Part shown: positions 47,626-55,675 of the stretch, piece by piece | Layout of the letters: each line of letters opens with the position of its first letter | How positions within the stretch are numbered: position 1 is the first letter of the stretch | Source of the DNA: an uncultured Planctomycetales bacterium | GTDB taxonomy: Bacteria; Omnitrophota; Gorgyraeia; Zapsychrales; Zapsychraceae | Length of the DNA: 64,000 nt | Direction of reading: 5' to 3' | Assembly: GCA_964535935.1 (NCBI GenBank) | Contig: CAZHWM010000004.1 | Location: 47,569 to 111,568, forward strand | Notes under the pieces: generated by a model | Databases searched by the model: none | Told to the model about the DNA's origin: nothing | Seen by the model: only the letters and a program-made list of their open reading frames with translations | Program-made: the position numbers and the translations under genes

Positions 47626-47640
47626 TGAAAACGGTTATCA
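47626..47640. promoter_or_regulatory. Second Fur-type 7-1-7 box
   Basis: TGAAAAC-G-GTTATCA, compared with TGAAAAC-C-ATTATCA in the upstream box. Confidence 0.6.
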
Positions 47641-47706
47641 TTATTATTAATATGTCTTTAAATTTTTACATTAAAAGGATATATATTTAAAGAAAGGAGG
47701 TGCTGT

Positions 47707-48030
47707 ATGCCAAGAGGAGATGGGACAGGTCCGGCAGGTGCAGGCCCCATGACAGGTGGCGGTTGGGGATATTGTGCAGGATTTAATGTCCCTGGATATC
47801 TGAATGTAGGTGCCGGGGGATTTGGTTTTCCTTCTGGTCGTGGACTAGGATTAGGCTTGAGGGGCAGGAGAGGGTTTAGAAATATGTTCTATGCAACAGG
47901 TCTGCCTGCTTGGGCAAGAGGAGAATATCCTCAAAAACAAGATGCCTCTGTATTGAAAGCCGAAGAGGAGGCTTTAAAAAAGAGGTTAGAGGCAGTTCGT
48001 AAGCAACTTGATAGTTTAGAACAGTCATAA
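47707..48030 (+). CDS. DUF5320 family Gly/Arg-rich protein
   Basis: MPRGDGTGP.G.GPMTG.G.GYCAG N-terminus, YATGLP.W, C-terminal coiled coil. Confidence 0.88.
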   Translation: MPRGDGTGPAGAGPMTGGGWGYCAGFNVPGYLNVGAGGFGFPSGRGLGLGLRGRRGFRNMFYATGLPAWARGEYPQKQDASVLKAEEEALKKRLEAVRKQLDSLEQS

Positions 48031-48045
48031 GATTAATAGCTTAAT

Positions 48046-48120
48046 GCTATTCTGCACTATTTAACCTTGTTAAATAGTGAAAAATGCACAAATCAACAAG
48101 GTTAAATAGTGCAGAATAGC
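48046..48120. repeat. 75-bp element with perfect 26-bp terminal inverted repeats
   Basis: GCTATTCTGCACTATTTAACCTTGTT ...23 nt... AACAAGGTTAAATAGTGCAGAATAGC. Confidence 0.9.
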
Positions 48121-48157
48121 GGAATAGGGAATTTAGTGAATTGTGAAGGGAGTGATT

Positions 48158-48550
48158 ATGCGTATTGCAATTTCTACAGATAACGGTATGGTATCTGCAC
48201 ATTTTGGTAGGTGTCCTGTTTTTACGATTGTAGAAATAGAGAATGGTAATATTCTTAAAAAAGAACAAATAGAGAATCCAGGTCATCAACCAGGGCTTAT
48301 ACCGCAATTTTTACATGAGAAGGGGATAAATTGTATTGTAGCAGGTGGTATGGGTATGAGAGCAAAGGGTTTTTTTGAGGAGTTTGGTATAGAAACCATA
48401 ACGGGTATATCAGGAAGTGTTGATGATGTTATAGATGAACTGATTAATGGTACTTTGAAAGGGACAGATAGTTTGTGTATTCCGGGTGAAGGAAAAGGTT
48501 ATGGTTTGGATAAACAGATATGCGATCATGGTTATAACCATGGTTGTTAA
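48158..48550 (+). CDS. NifB/NifX-family (dinitrogenase FeMo-cofactor binding domain) protein
   Basis: VSAHFGRC and GGMG.RA motifs; His/Cys-rich tail. Confidence 0.88.
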   Translation: MRIAISTDNGMVSAHFGRCPVFTIVEIENGNILKKEQIENPGHQPGLIPQFLHEKGINCIVAGGMGMRAKGFFEEFGIETITGISGSVDDVIDELINGTLKGTDSLCIPGEGKGYGLDKQICDHGYNHGC

Positions 48551-48573
48551 TTATGATGGTGGGGGAGGTATTT

Positions 48574-48897
48574 ATGAAAATATGTGTCACATCAGAAGGA
48601 AATAATTTGGACGCTATGGTTGATCAGCGTTTTGGCAGGTGTGCCTATTTTATTTTTGTTGATACAGATACTATGGAATATGAGTCTGTGGAAAATACTA
48701 ATGTATCAGCAACTGGTGGGGTAGGAATTAAATCTGCCCAGCTTGTGTCTGAGAAGGGGGCTAGTGTGGTATTGACTGGGAAAGTTGGACCCAATGCTGC
48801 TAAGGCATTAGAGGCAGCTGGCATTGAGGTTATCACAGATGTATCTGGTCCGGTGAAAGATGCTATAGAAAGATATAAGGAAGGTAGGGGCGCTTAG
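48574..48897 (+). CDS. NifB/NifX-family protein
   Basis: RFGRCAYF, GG.GI and G.VGPNA motifs; SD GGAGG. Confidence 0.88.
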   Translation: MKICVTSEGNNLDAMVDQRFGRCAYFIFVDTDTMEYESVENTNVSATGGVGIKSAQLVSEKGASVVLTGKVGPNAAKALEAAGIEVITDVSGPVKDAIERYKEGRGA

Positions 48898-49512
48898 TTG
48901 GATAATGAGCTTATTGAGAATTATAATAAATATACTGAAAGATTCTTACTTTTTAAACGCTTTGGTTATGATATAGAGAAGGAACGACAGGTTATTATAG
49001 AAAAGGCATTACCTTTAAACGGAAAGATACTAGAGATAGGCACTGGTAAAGGGTATTTGACTCTACAGTTAGCACAAAATGGTTATAAGTTTGTTTCGAT
49101 AGATATTTCTAAGGAAGAACAGAGATTTGCAAAAATGAGGTTGAGATATTTGGGGTTGGAGAACTATGTAACCTTTTTGGTATCAGATGCAGGAAATACA
49201 GATTTTTCAGATGGGGAGTTTGATGTAATTTTTTCAGTTAACTTAACCCATCATCTTAGTCAACCTTTTAATGTTATAGATGAAATGATAAGGATATTAT
49301 CGCCTTCCGGTAAGATAGTTTTAAGTGATTTTTCTGAAAAAGGCTTTGCCTTGGTGGATAATATTCATAAAAGTGAAGGGCGGGTTCATACAAGATCTCC
49401 TTATGCCCTTAATGAGATAGCAGATTATTTATTGAAAAGGAATTTTAAGATTGAGGAGTATAGAGGTATATTTCAGGATACTTTTATAGCTACAAATAAA
49501 CAGATAAGGTGA
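48898..49512 (+). CDS. Class I SAM-dependent methyltransferase
   Basis: ILEIGTGKG, FD and HH...EMIRIL.P.G motifs. Confidence 0.88.
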   Translation: MDNELIENYNKYTERFLLFKRFGYDIEKERQVIIEKALPLNGKILEIGTGKGYLTLQLAQNGYKFVSIDISKEEQRFAKMRLRYLGLENYVTFLVSDAGNTDFSDGEFDVIFSVNLTHHLSQPFNVIDEMIRILSPSGKIVLSDFSEKGFALVDNIHKSEGRVHTRSPYALNEIADYLLKRNFKIEEYRGIFQDTFIATNKQIR

Positions 49513-49516
49513 ATTT

Positions 49517-50374
49517 ATGATTATTTCAATTGCCAGTGGTAAGGGGGGAACAGGAAAGACTACCGTTGCAGTGTCAATGGCGTTGTCTTTGAATAATGTC
49601 CAATTTCTTGATTGCGATGTAGAGGCTCCTAATGCGCATATTTTTTTAAATCCACGTTTTTATAAAAGAACTTCGGGGTATATTACTGTACCGAAAATAG
49701 ATGAAGACAAATGTACTTATTGTGGAAAATGTGCTGAGGCTTGCAATTATAATGCTATTGCTGTAATGAGCAATAATGACAACAGCCGTAGGCGTATTTT
49801 ACATTTTCCTAATCTTTGTCATGGGTGTGGCGTGTGTGGCTACGTTTGTCCTGTAAATGCTATAAAGGATAGTAAAAGAGAGATAGGTATAATAGAAGAA
49901 GGTGGTGTAGGATGTGATATTGAGTTCATTCATGGGGAATTGCATATATCTGAGGCTATAGCATCTGCCTTAATAAGGCAGGTTAAAGACCTTATCAGAA
50001 AAGAAAAGCTGGTTATAATTGATGCTCCACCTGGTACATCTTGTCCTGTTATAAATGCAGTCTCAGGCAGTAATTTTTGTATATTGGTGACTGAACCAAC
50101 TCCCTTTGGTTTTAATGATTTTGTATTGGCCTCAGAATTGATGAGGGAAATGAATATAGCCTTTGGGGCAATTATTAATCGATGTGATTTGGGCGATAAT
50201 AAAGTAGAGGAATATTGCAGAAAAGAGGATATTCCTATATTGTTGAAGATACCCTTTGGGAAGGATATAGCAGCTGCCTATTCAAAGGGGGAGCCTCTTG
50301 TAAAGATACTGCCAGAATATAAACAGATATTTAGGGATATCTTTTACAAAATAGAAAGGATTTGCAAAGCGTGA
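49517..50374 (+). CDS. MinD-superfamily P-loop ATPase with inserted 2x[4Fe-4S] domain (COG1149-like)
   Basis: SGKGGTGKT, DCDVE.PN, two CxxCxxC motifs, DAPPGTSCP, VTEPT. Confidence 0.9.
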   Translation: MIISIASGKGGTGKTTVAVSMALSLNNVQFLDCDVEAPNAHIFLNPRFYKRTSGYITVPKIDEDKCTYCGKCAEACNYNAIAVMSNNDNSRRRILHFPNLCHGCGVCGYVCPVNAIKDSKREIGIIEEGGVGCDIEFIHGELHISEAIASALIRQVKDLIRKEKLVIIDAPPGTSCPVINAVSGSNFCILVTEPTPFGFNDFVLASELMREMNIAFGAIINRCDLGDNKVEEYCRKEDIPILLKIPFGKDIAAAYSKGEPLVKILPEYKQIFRDIFYKIERICKA

Positions 50375-51234
50375 GGCAGGTTATTATACTTAGTGGCAAG
50401 GGGGGGACAGGTAAGACTGTTATAACAGCTGCTTTTGCCTATCTAGTACATAATAAGGTATTGGCAGATTGTGATGTAGATGCGGCCAATATGCACATAC
50501 TTTTATCCCCAGAAATAAAAGAACGGTATGTTTTTCATGGGGGACAGCGTGCTTTTATTGACAGTTCAAAATGTCTAAGATGTGGTAGGTGTAGGCAGTA
50601 TTGTCGTTTTACTGCTATTAACGATAATTTTTTAGTGGATGGTAGTATGTGTGAGGGGTGTGGGTTTTGTAAATTAGTATGTCCTGCAGAGGCTGTATCT
50701 ATGAAAGAGGTAATATCTGGAGAATGGTTTGTATCATCAACTAGATATGGGAAGATGGTTCATGCCCGGCTCGGTATAGCAGAGGAGAATTCGGGGAAAT
50801 TGGTTGCTTTGGTGAGAAAGAAGGCTAAACAGATAGCAGAGGAAGATAATTGCGATTGGGTTATTATAGATGGTCCACCTGGGATAGGGTGTCCTGTAAT
50901 ATCTTCTTTATCAGGAGTAGATTATGCATTGGTTGTAACAGAGCCCACCCTTTCAGGGTTGCATGATGCGGATAGGGTTATAAAAGTTGCTAGGCATTTT
51001 GGTATATCTGTAGGTGTTGTTATTAACAAATATGATTTGAATAAAGAAATGGCAGATAAAATAGAACGCTATTGTGATCAGAACAATGTGGCCTTTTTAG
51101 GTAGAATAGCATTTGATAGGGCTGTTGTGGATGCTGTTGTCTCTGGTAAAACTATAATGGAAGTCTCAGGTCTTGATGCTTCTTATGAGATTACCTGTAT
51201 TTGGGATAAAATAACCCAGGGATTGTCTAATTAA
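50371..51234 (+). CDS. MinD-superfamily P-loop ATPase with inserted 2x[4Fe-4S] domain (second paralog)
   Basis: SGKGGTGKT, DCDVDA, two CxxCxxC motifs, DGPPGIGCP; the GTG start overlaps the upstream stop. Confidence 0.9.
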   Translation: MRQVIILSGKGGTGKTVITAAFAYLVHNKVLADCDVDAANMHILLSPEIKERYVFHGGQRAFIDSSKCLRCGRCRQYCRFTAINDNFLVDGSMCEGCGFCKLVCPAEAVSMKEVISGEWFVSSTRYGKMVHARLGIAEENSGKLVALVRKKAKQIAEEDNCDWVIIDGPPGIGCPVISSLSGVDYALVVTEPTLSGLHDADRVIKVARHFGISVGVVINKYDLNKEMADKIERYCDQNNVAFLGRIAFDRAVVDAVVSGKTIMEVSGLDASYEITCIWDKITQGLSN

Positions 51235-51269
51235 TATATAAAATTTATAGAATGAGAGGTTTTGTATAT

Positions 51270-52142
51270 ATGAGGACATATCTTGAATGTATTCCATGCT
51301 TTTTAAGGCAAGTGTTGGAGATTGGTAGGTTGATTACATCTGATGAAACGGTGCATAAGTCTTTGATTGATGAAGCCTGTATGCTTGTTCCGGAGATTTC
51401 TATGAATATGCCTCCGCCTGAGATAGCCCCACGTATTTATAGTATGATTAAGGCTAAATGTGGAGATAGAGATTTTTATCGGGATATAAAGGAAAAAAGC
51501 AATAGAATGGCATTAAATCTTTATCCAAAATTAAAGAGAAAGATTGAGGCATCTGATGATAGACTTCTTACAGCTTTAGAGTTAGCTATAATGGGTAATA
51601 TAATAGACTATGCAGCTAAAAATACATTAGATATCGATTCAGAGATAGAAAAGTTGTTTAATGGCGAATTAGACAGTATTAAGAAGACAACGTTTCATTA
51701 TGATTTATTTAGGGAGGATTTAAGTAAGGCTAAAATAGTATTGTATTTAGGAGATAACGCAGGAGAAGTAGTTTTTGATAGGGCTTTTATAGAGGAGTTT
51801 TATAAGGAGAAGGAGGTTTTCTTTGCAGTTAGAGGATCTGCAGTAATCAATGATGTATTGATAGAGGATGCACATGTAGCCGGTATTGATAAAGTGGCAA
51901 AGGTTATTTCAAGCGGTGTGGATACTCCTGGGCTTGTTTTGAATAGATGTTCAGAGGATTTTTTACAGATTTTCAGAGAAGCAGATATTATTATCAGTAA
52001 AGGGCAGGGAAATTATGAGGCATTAGATGGTGTTGATACTGATAGACGGATATATTTTCTTTTCAGAGTTAAATGTCCGGTGATTGCCAAACATGCAGGG
52101 GTTAGTTTAGGAGAGATAGCCTTGCTTAAAGGTGATAGATAA
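51270..52142 (+). CDS. DUF89/ARMT1-like damage-control metal phosphatase
   Basis: CIPC, GNIID, DNAGE..FD, IND, KGQGNYE and KC motifs. Confidence 0.9.
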   Translation: MRTYLECIPCFLRQVLEIGRLITSDETVHKSLIDEACMLVPEISMNMPPPEIAPRIYSMIKAKCGDRDFYRDIKEKSNRMALNLYPKLKRKIEASDDRLLTALELAIMGNIIDYAAKNTLDIDSEIEKLFNGELDSIKKTTFHYDLFREDLSKAKIVLYLGDNAGEVVFDRAFIEEFYKEKEVFFAVRGSAVINDVLIEDAHVAGIDKVAKVISSGVDTPGLVLNRCSEDFLQIFREADIIISKGQGNYEALDGVDTDRRIYFLFRVKCPVIAKHAGVSLGEIALLKGDR

Positions 52143-52159
52143 GGAGGGATAAGTTGTAA

Positions 52160-52879
52160 ATGAAGATAACAGTATTATTTAATAGTAGAGCTGTTAGTAG
52201 TAGCTTACAGGTAGGATGGGGATTTTCTGCTCTTATTGGAGATAATATTATTTTTGATACAGGAGAGAAGGGAGAGTTTTTATTTCATAATATTAATGCA
52301 TTAGAGATAGATTTAAATATAATTACTACTGCTGTTATATCACATGAGCATTGGGATCATACCGGAGGCTTATGGCAGTTACTTGACTATAGAAAGGATA
52401 TAGATGTATACGCCTGTCCGGGTTTTAGTGATGAGTTTAAAAATAATGTTCGTCTACATGGTGGGAGACTTTTTGAAATGGAGAGTTTTTATGAGATAAC
52501 TCAGGACATCTGGGTTACTGGAGAAATCCCCGCTGTATATAAACGGGAAAAGACCCCAGAACAGGCCTTGATTATAGACACTGAAAGAGGGCTTATTGTG
52601 ATAACAGGATGTGCGCATCCAGGTATTATTAATATGCTGAATATTATCTCTGAACACTTTCAAGGTAGGCCGTTATATGCTGTTGTGGGAGGATTTCATT
52701 TGCTAAACAAGCCAGCATCTGTTTTTAATCTAATCGTAGAGACGTTTAAAGATATGGGGATAAAGAAGGTAGGGCCTACGCATTGTACAGGAAGTGAAGC
52801 AGAGAATGTATTTAGACAAGTTTACAGAGAAGATTTTTTTAATATGAGTGTTGGTACGGTGTTGAATATTGGTTATTAG
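52160..52879 (+). CDS. MBL-fold metallo-hydrolase (COG1237-like)
   Basis: WGFS, FDTG, SHEHWDHTGG, GCAHPG, GGFH and HCTG motifs. Confidence 0.9.
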   Translation: MKITVLFNSRAVSSSLQVGWGFSALIGDNIIFDTGEKGEFLFHNINALEIDLNIITTAVISHEHWDHTGGLWQLLDYRKDIDVYACPGFSDEFKNNVRLHGGRLFEMESFYEITQDIWVTGEIPAVYKREKTPEQALIIDTERGLIVITGCAHPGIINMLNIISEHFQGRPLYAVVGGFHLLNKPASVFNLIVETFKDMGIKKVGPTHCTGSEAENVFRQVYREDFFNMSVGTVLNIGY

Positions 52880-52937
52880 TTTTGTAATAATCTGAGTTCT
52901 TTATAATTTTTAATTTAAAATATCTTTAGCTGTGGTC

Positions 52938-52993
52938 TTGACAAAATATATTTTTTTTGGTATATATTAGCAGTCTAGCTTTAGGAGTGCTAA
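52938..52993 (+). promoter_or_regulatory. sigma70 promoter followed by a CIRCE element (HrcA operator)
   Basis: TTGACA(52938) - 17 bp - TATATA, then TTAGCAGTC-N9-GAGTGCTAA (52967-52993); one mismatch to the consensus TTAGCACTC-N9-GAGTGCTAA. Confidence 0.9.
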
Positions 52994-53179
52994 AATTATA
53001 TTAATTAAGCAGGGAATTCAAAATAATTATAATTTTCTTTGAGTGCTTATCATATAATTACTCATCTTTAAAAATATATTTAAGGATTATTTTTTCTTAA
53101 ATATTTTACCTCTATTTTATTATAACTCTTAAATTTTTGTTTGTTTTTATTTATATCTTTAAAAAGGAGGTGTATTATT

Positions 53180-54283
53180 ATGGATGCTGTTAAGGTGTTT
53201 ATTATTGGTATAGGAAACTGTGCCAGTTCTTTAATCCAAGGAATTCATTATTATAAGAACAAATCTGCAAATGATGCAATAGGGCTAATGCATTGGAAGA
53301 TAGGTAACTATTTGCCTTCTGATATTCAGGTAGTAGGTGCATTTGATATTGATAAGAGAAAAGTGGGTAAAGATGTGCACGAAGCGATATTTTCTTTGCC
53401 CAACTGTACGGCTGTATTTTGTCCTAATATCCCTCCTTCAGGAGTAACGGTGCATATGGGTAGAATTTTAGATGGTTTTTCTGAACATATGAAAAATTAT
53501 AATGAGAAAAATACATTTGTTTTGGCAGAGAAAGCAGAGCCTAATAAAGATGAGGTCGTACGTCTCTTGAAAGACAGTCAGGCAGATATGGTACTGAATT
53601 ATCTGCCTGTTGGATCAGAAGAGGCTACTAAATTTTATGCTGAATGTGCATTGGAGGCAGGTGTGGCATTTATTAATAATATACCAGTCTTTATTGCAAG
53701 TGATCCTATATGGGCCAAACGGTTTAAGGAGAAGAATATCCCTATAGTAGGTGATGACATTAAAGCTCAACTTGGTGCTACTATTACACATAGGACACTT
53801 ACTGATTTATTTAAGAAACGAGGTGTAAAACTGGATAGAACCTATCAGCTTAATACTGGGGGAAATACTGATTTTCTTAATATGCTTAATCACAGCAGAT
53901 TGGCATCTAAAAAGGAATCTAAGACTGAGGCAGTGCAGTCTGTTGCTGCTGAACGTTTAGATGAGGAGAATATTCATGTTGGTCCAAGCGATTATGTCCC
54001 ATGGCAAAAGGATAATAAGGTATGCTTTCTACGTATGGAAGGAAGGTTATTTGGAGACGTACCTATGAATTTGGAATTACGGTTATCTGTTGAGGATTCG
54101 CCAAATTCTGCAGGAGTGGCTATTGATGCTATACGATGTACAAAACTTGCGCTTGAGCGTGGGATAGCTGGTGTATTGGAAGCTCCTTCTGCTTATTTTT
54201 GTAAGCATCCGCCAAAACAATATCCTGATGATGAGGCATTTCGTAGGGTAGAGGCATTTATATCAGGAGGAGATAGTGAGTAA
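53180..54283 (+). CDS. ino1: Inositol-3-phosphate synthase
   Basis: G.GNCASSL.QG, YLPVGS, GDDIK.Q.GATI.HR, GGNTDFLNM, SKKESKT and DSPNSAG motifs; SD AGGAGG. Confidence 0.95.
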   Translation: MDAVKVFIIGIGNCASSLIQGIHYYKNKSANDAIGLMHWKIGNYLPSDIQVVGAFDIDKRKVGKDVHEAIFSLPNCTAVFCPNIPPSGVTVHMGRILDGFSEHMKNYNEKNTFVLAEKAEPNKDEVVRLLKDSQADMVLNYLPVGSEEATKFYAECALEAGVAFINNIPVFIASDPIWAKRFKEKNIPIVGDDIKAQLGATITHRTLTDLFKKRGVKLDRTYQLNTGGNTDFLNMLNHSRLASKKESKTEAVQSVAAERLDEENIHVGPSDYVPWQKDNKVCFLRMEGRLFGDVPMNLELRLSVEDSPNSAGVAIDAIRCTKLALERGIAGVLEAPSAYFCKHPPKQYPDDEAFRRVEAFISGGDSE

Positions 54284-55604
54284 ACTGAAATGCCTCATTA
54301 TTGCTGCTGGCCGAGGCAGCAGGCTTAAACAGGAATGTGATTGTAAACCTTTATACCCTTTGGCAGGTATCCCGTTAATTGAGCGTAGTATAAGATCTGC
54401 CATGGAGGCAGGTGCTGATGATTTTTATGTAGTGGTAGGATACAAGGCTGATGAGGTAAGTAGTTTTTTATCTGTCTTGGCTAGCAGGTTAGGTATTAAT
54501 ATTACTACCATTTATAATGAAGAATGGGCAAGTAGGGAAAACGGCTTCTCAGTACTTAAGGCTCAGAGATATCTGGGGGAGCCGTTTCTCCTTCTTATGT
54601 CCGATCATCTTTTTGCTCCTTCTATTGCCTCAGCTGTTGTTTCGTGTGGGGTATGTAAGGATGAAATAGCATTAGCAGTTGATAGGGATATAGATAATCC
54701 TAATATAGATATAAATGATGTTACTAAGGTTAATGTATGCTCAGGTAAGGTTAAGGCTATAGGTAAGGATTTGATTGAGTATAATGGGTTTGATACAGGG
54801 GTTTTTTATTGTTTTCCTGCTATATTTAGTGCTTTGCATAAGGCAGTATCTTTATCTGATAGTTCTTTGTCAGCTGCAGTAAAACTGATGGCAGATAATG
54901 CTAAGGTAAAGGCAGTAGATGTTAGTGGTTCTTTTTGGATTGATGTAGATGACTCCAATAGTGTTAGAAAGGCAGTTTCTGGATTGTTAATTAATTGTGC
55001 AGGTAAAGGAAATGATGGGCCTGTTTCTAAATGGTTAAACAGACCGTTATCTAGACGAATTTCGTCTATACTCATAAATTACCCTGTTACACCTAATCAT
55101 ATAAGTGTATTTTCGTTTGCTATTTCTGTTATTGCTGCCTTATTGTTTATGTTAAATGGATATATTTCATTGCTGATAGGTGGCATTTTAGCCCAGTTTG
55201 CATCTATTGTGGATGGTTGTGATGGTGAGATAGCACGTATAAAATTTATGCGAAGTTGCTACGGTGGATGGCTTGATGCGGTTTTAGATCGTTATGCAGA
55301 TGCATTGTTGTTGTTTGGATTGATGTGGCATGAATGGAAGAGATCAGGTATGGAGATAGTTTTATTAGTAGGTTTTGCTGCAGTTATTGGTTCATTTATG
55401 CTTAGCTATACTGCAGACAAATATGACGGGCTTATGAGAGATAAGTTTTCTCCTTCTGTTTCCGGTTTAAGGCTGGGACGCGATGTGCGTGTTTTTTTGA
55501 TATTTCTTGCAGCATTGTTTAATAAATCATATTGGGCATTGATTATAATAGCAGTGATAATGAATTTAGAAACAGTACGTAGGATGATTGTATGCCGTAA
55601 ATAA
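54276..55604 (+). CDS. Bifunctional inositol-phosphate cytidylyltransferase / di-myo-inositol-phosphate phosphate synthase (IPCT/DIPPS)
   Basis: NTP-transferase AAGRGSRL..KPL, MSDH, W.DVD, then DGPVS..LNRP and the CDP-alcohol motif DG.DGEIAR...G.WLD..LD; follows ino1. Confidence 0.88.
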   Translation: MSKLKCLIIAAGRGSRLKQECDCKPLYPLAGIPLIERSIRSAMEAGADDFYVVVGYKADEVSSFLSVLASRLGINITTIYNEEWASRENGFSVLKAQRYLGEPFLLLMSDHLFAPSIASAVVSCGVCKDEIALAVDRDIDNPNIDINDVTKVNVCSGKVKAIGKDLIEYNGFDTGVFYCFPAIFSALHKAVSLSDSSLSAAVKLMADNAKVKAVDVSGSFWIDVDDSNSVRKAVSGLLINCAGKGNDGPVSKWLNRPLSRRISSILINYPVTPNHISVFSFAISVIAALLFMLNGYISLLIGGILAQFASIVDGCDGEIARIKFMRSCYGGWLDAVLDRYADALLLFGLMWHEWKRSGMEIVLLVGFAAVIGSFMLSYTADKYDGLMRDKFSPSVSGLRLGRDVRVFLIFLAALFNKSYWALIIIAVIMNLETVRRMIVCRK

Positions 55605-55675
55605 TACTAAATTAGATATTGATATTGGGGATTTGACAGGACTAAAGTTTAATGTTAATCAAAGGGGGGATAAGC

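Noticed and set aside
48158-48897. Nitrogen fixation inferred from NifB/NifX-like genes
   Set aside because: These are stand-alone domains common in non-diazotrophs, and there is no nifHDK in the window
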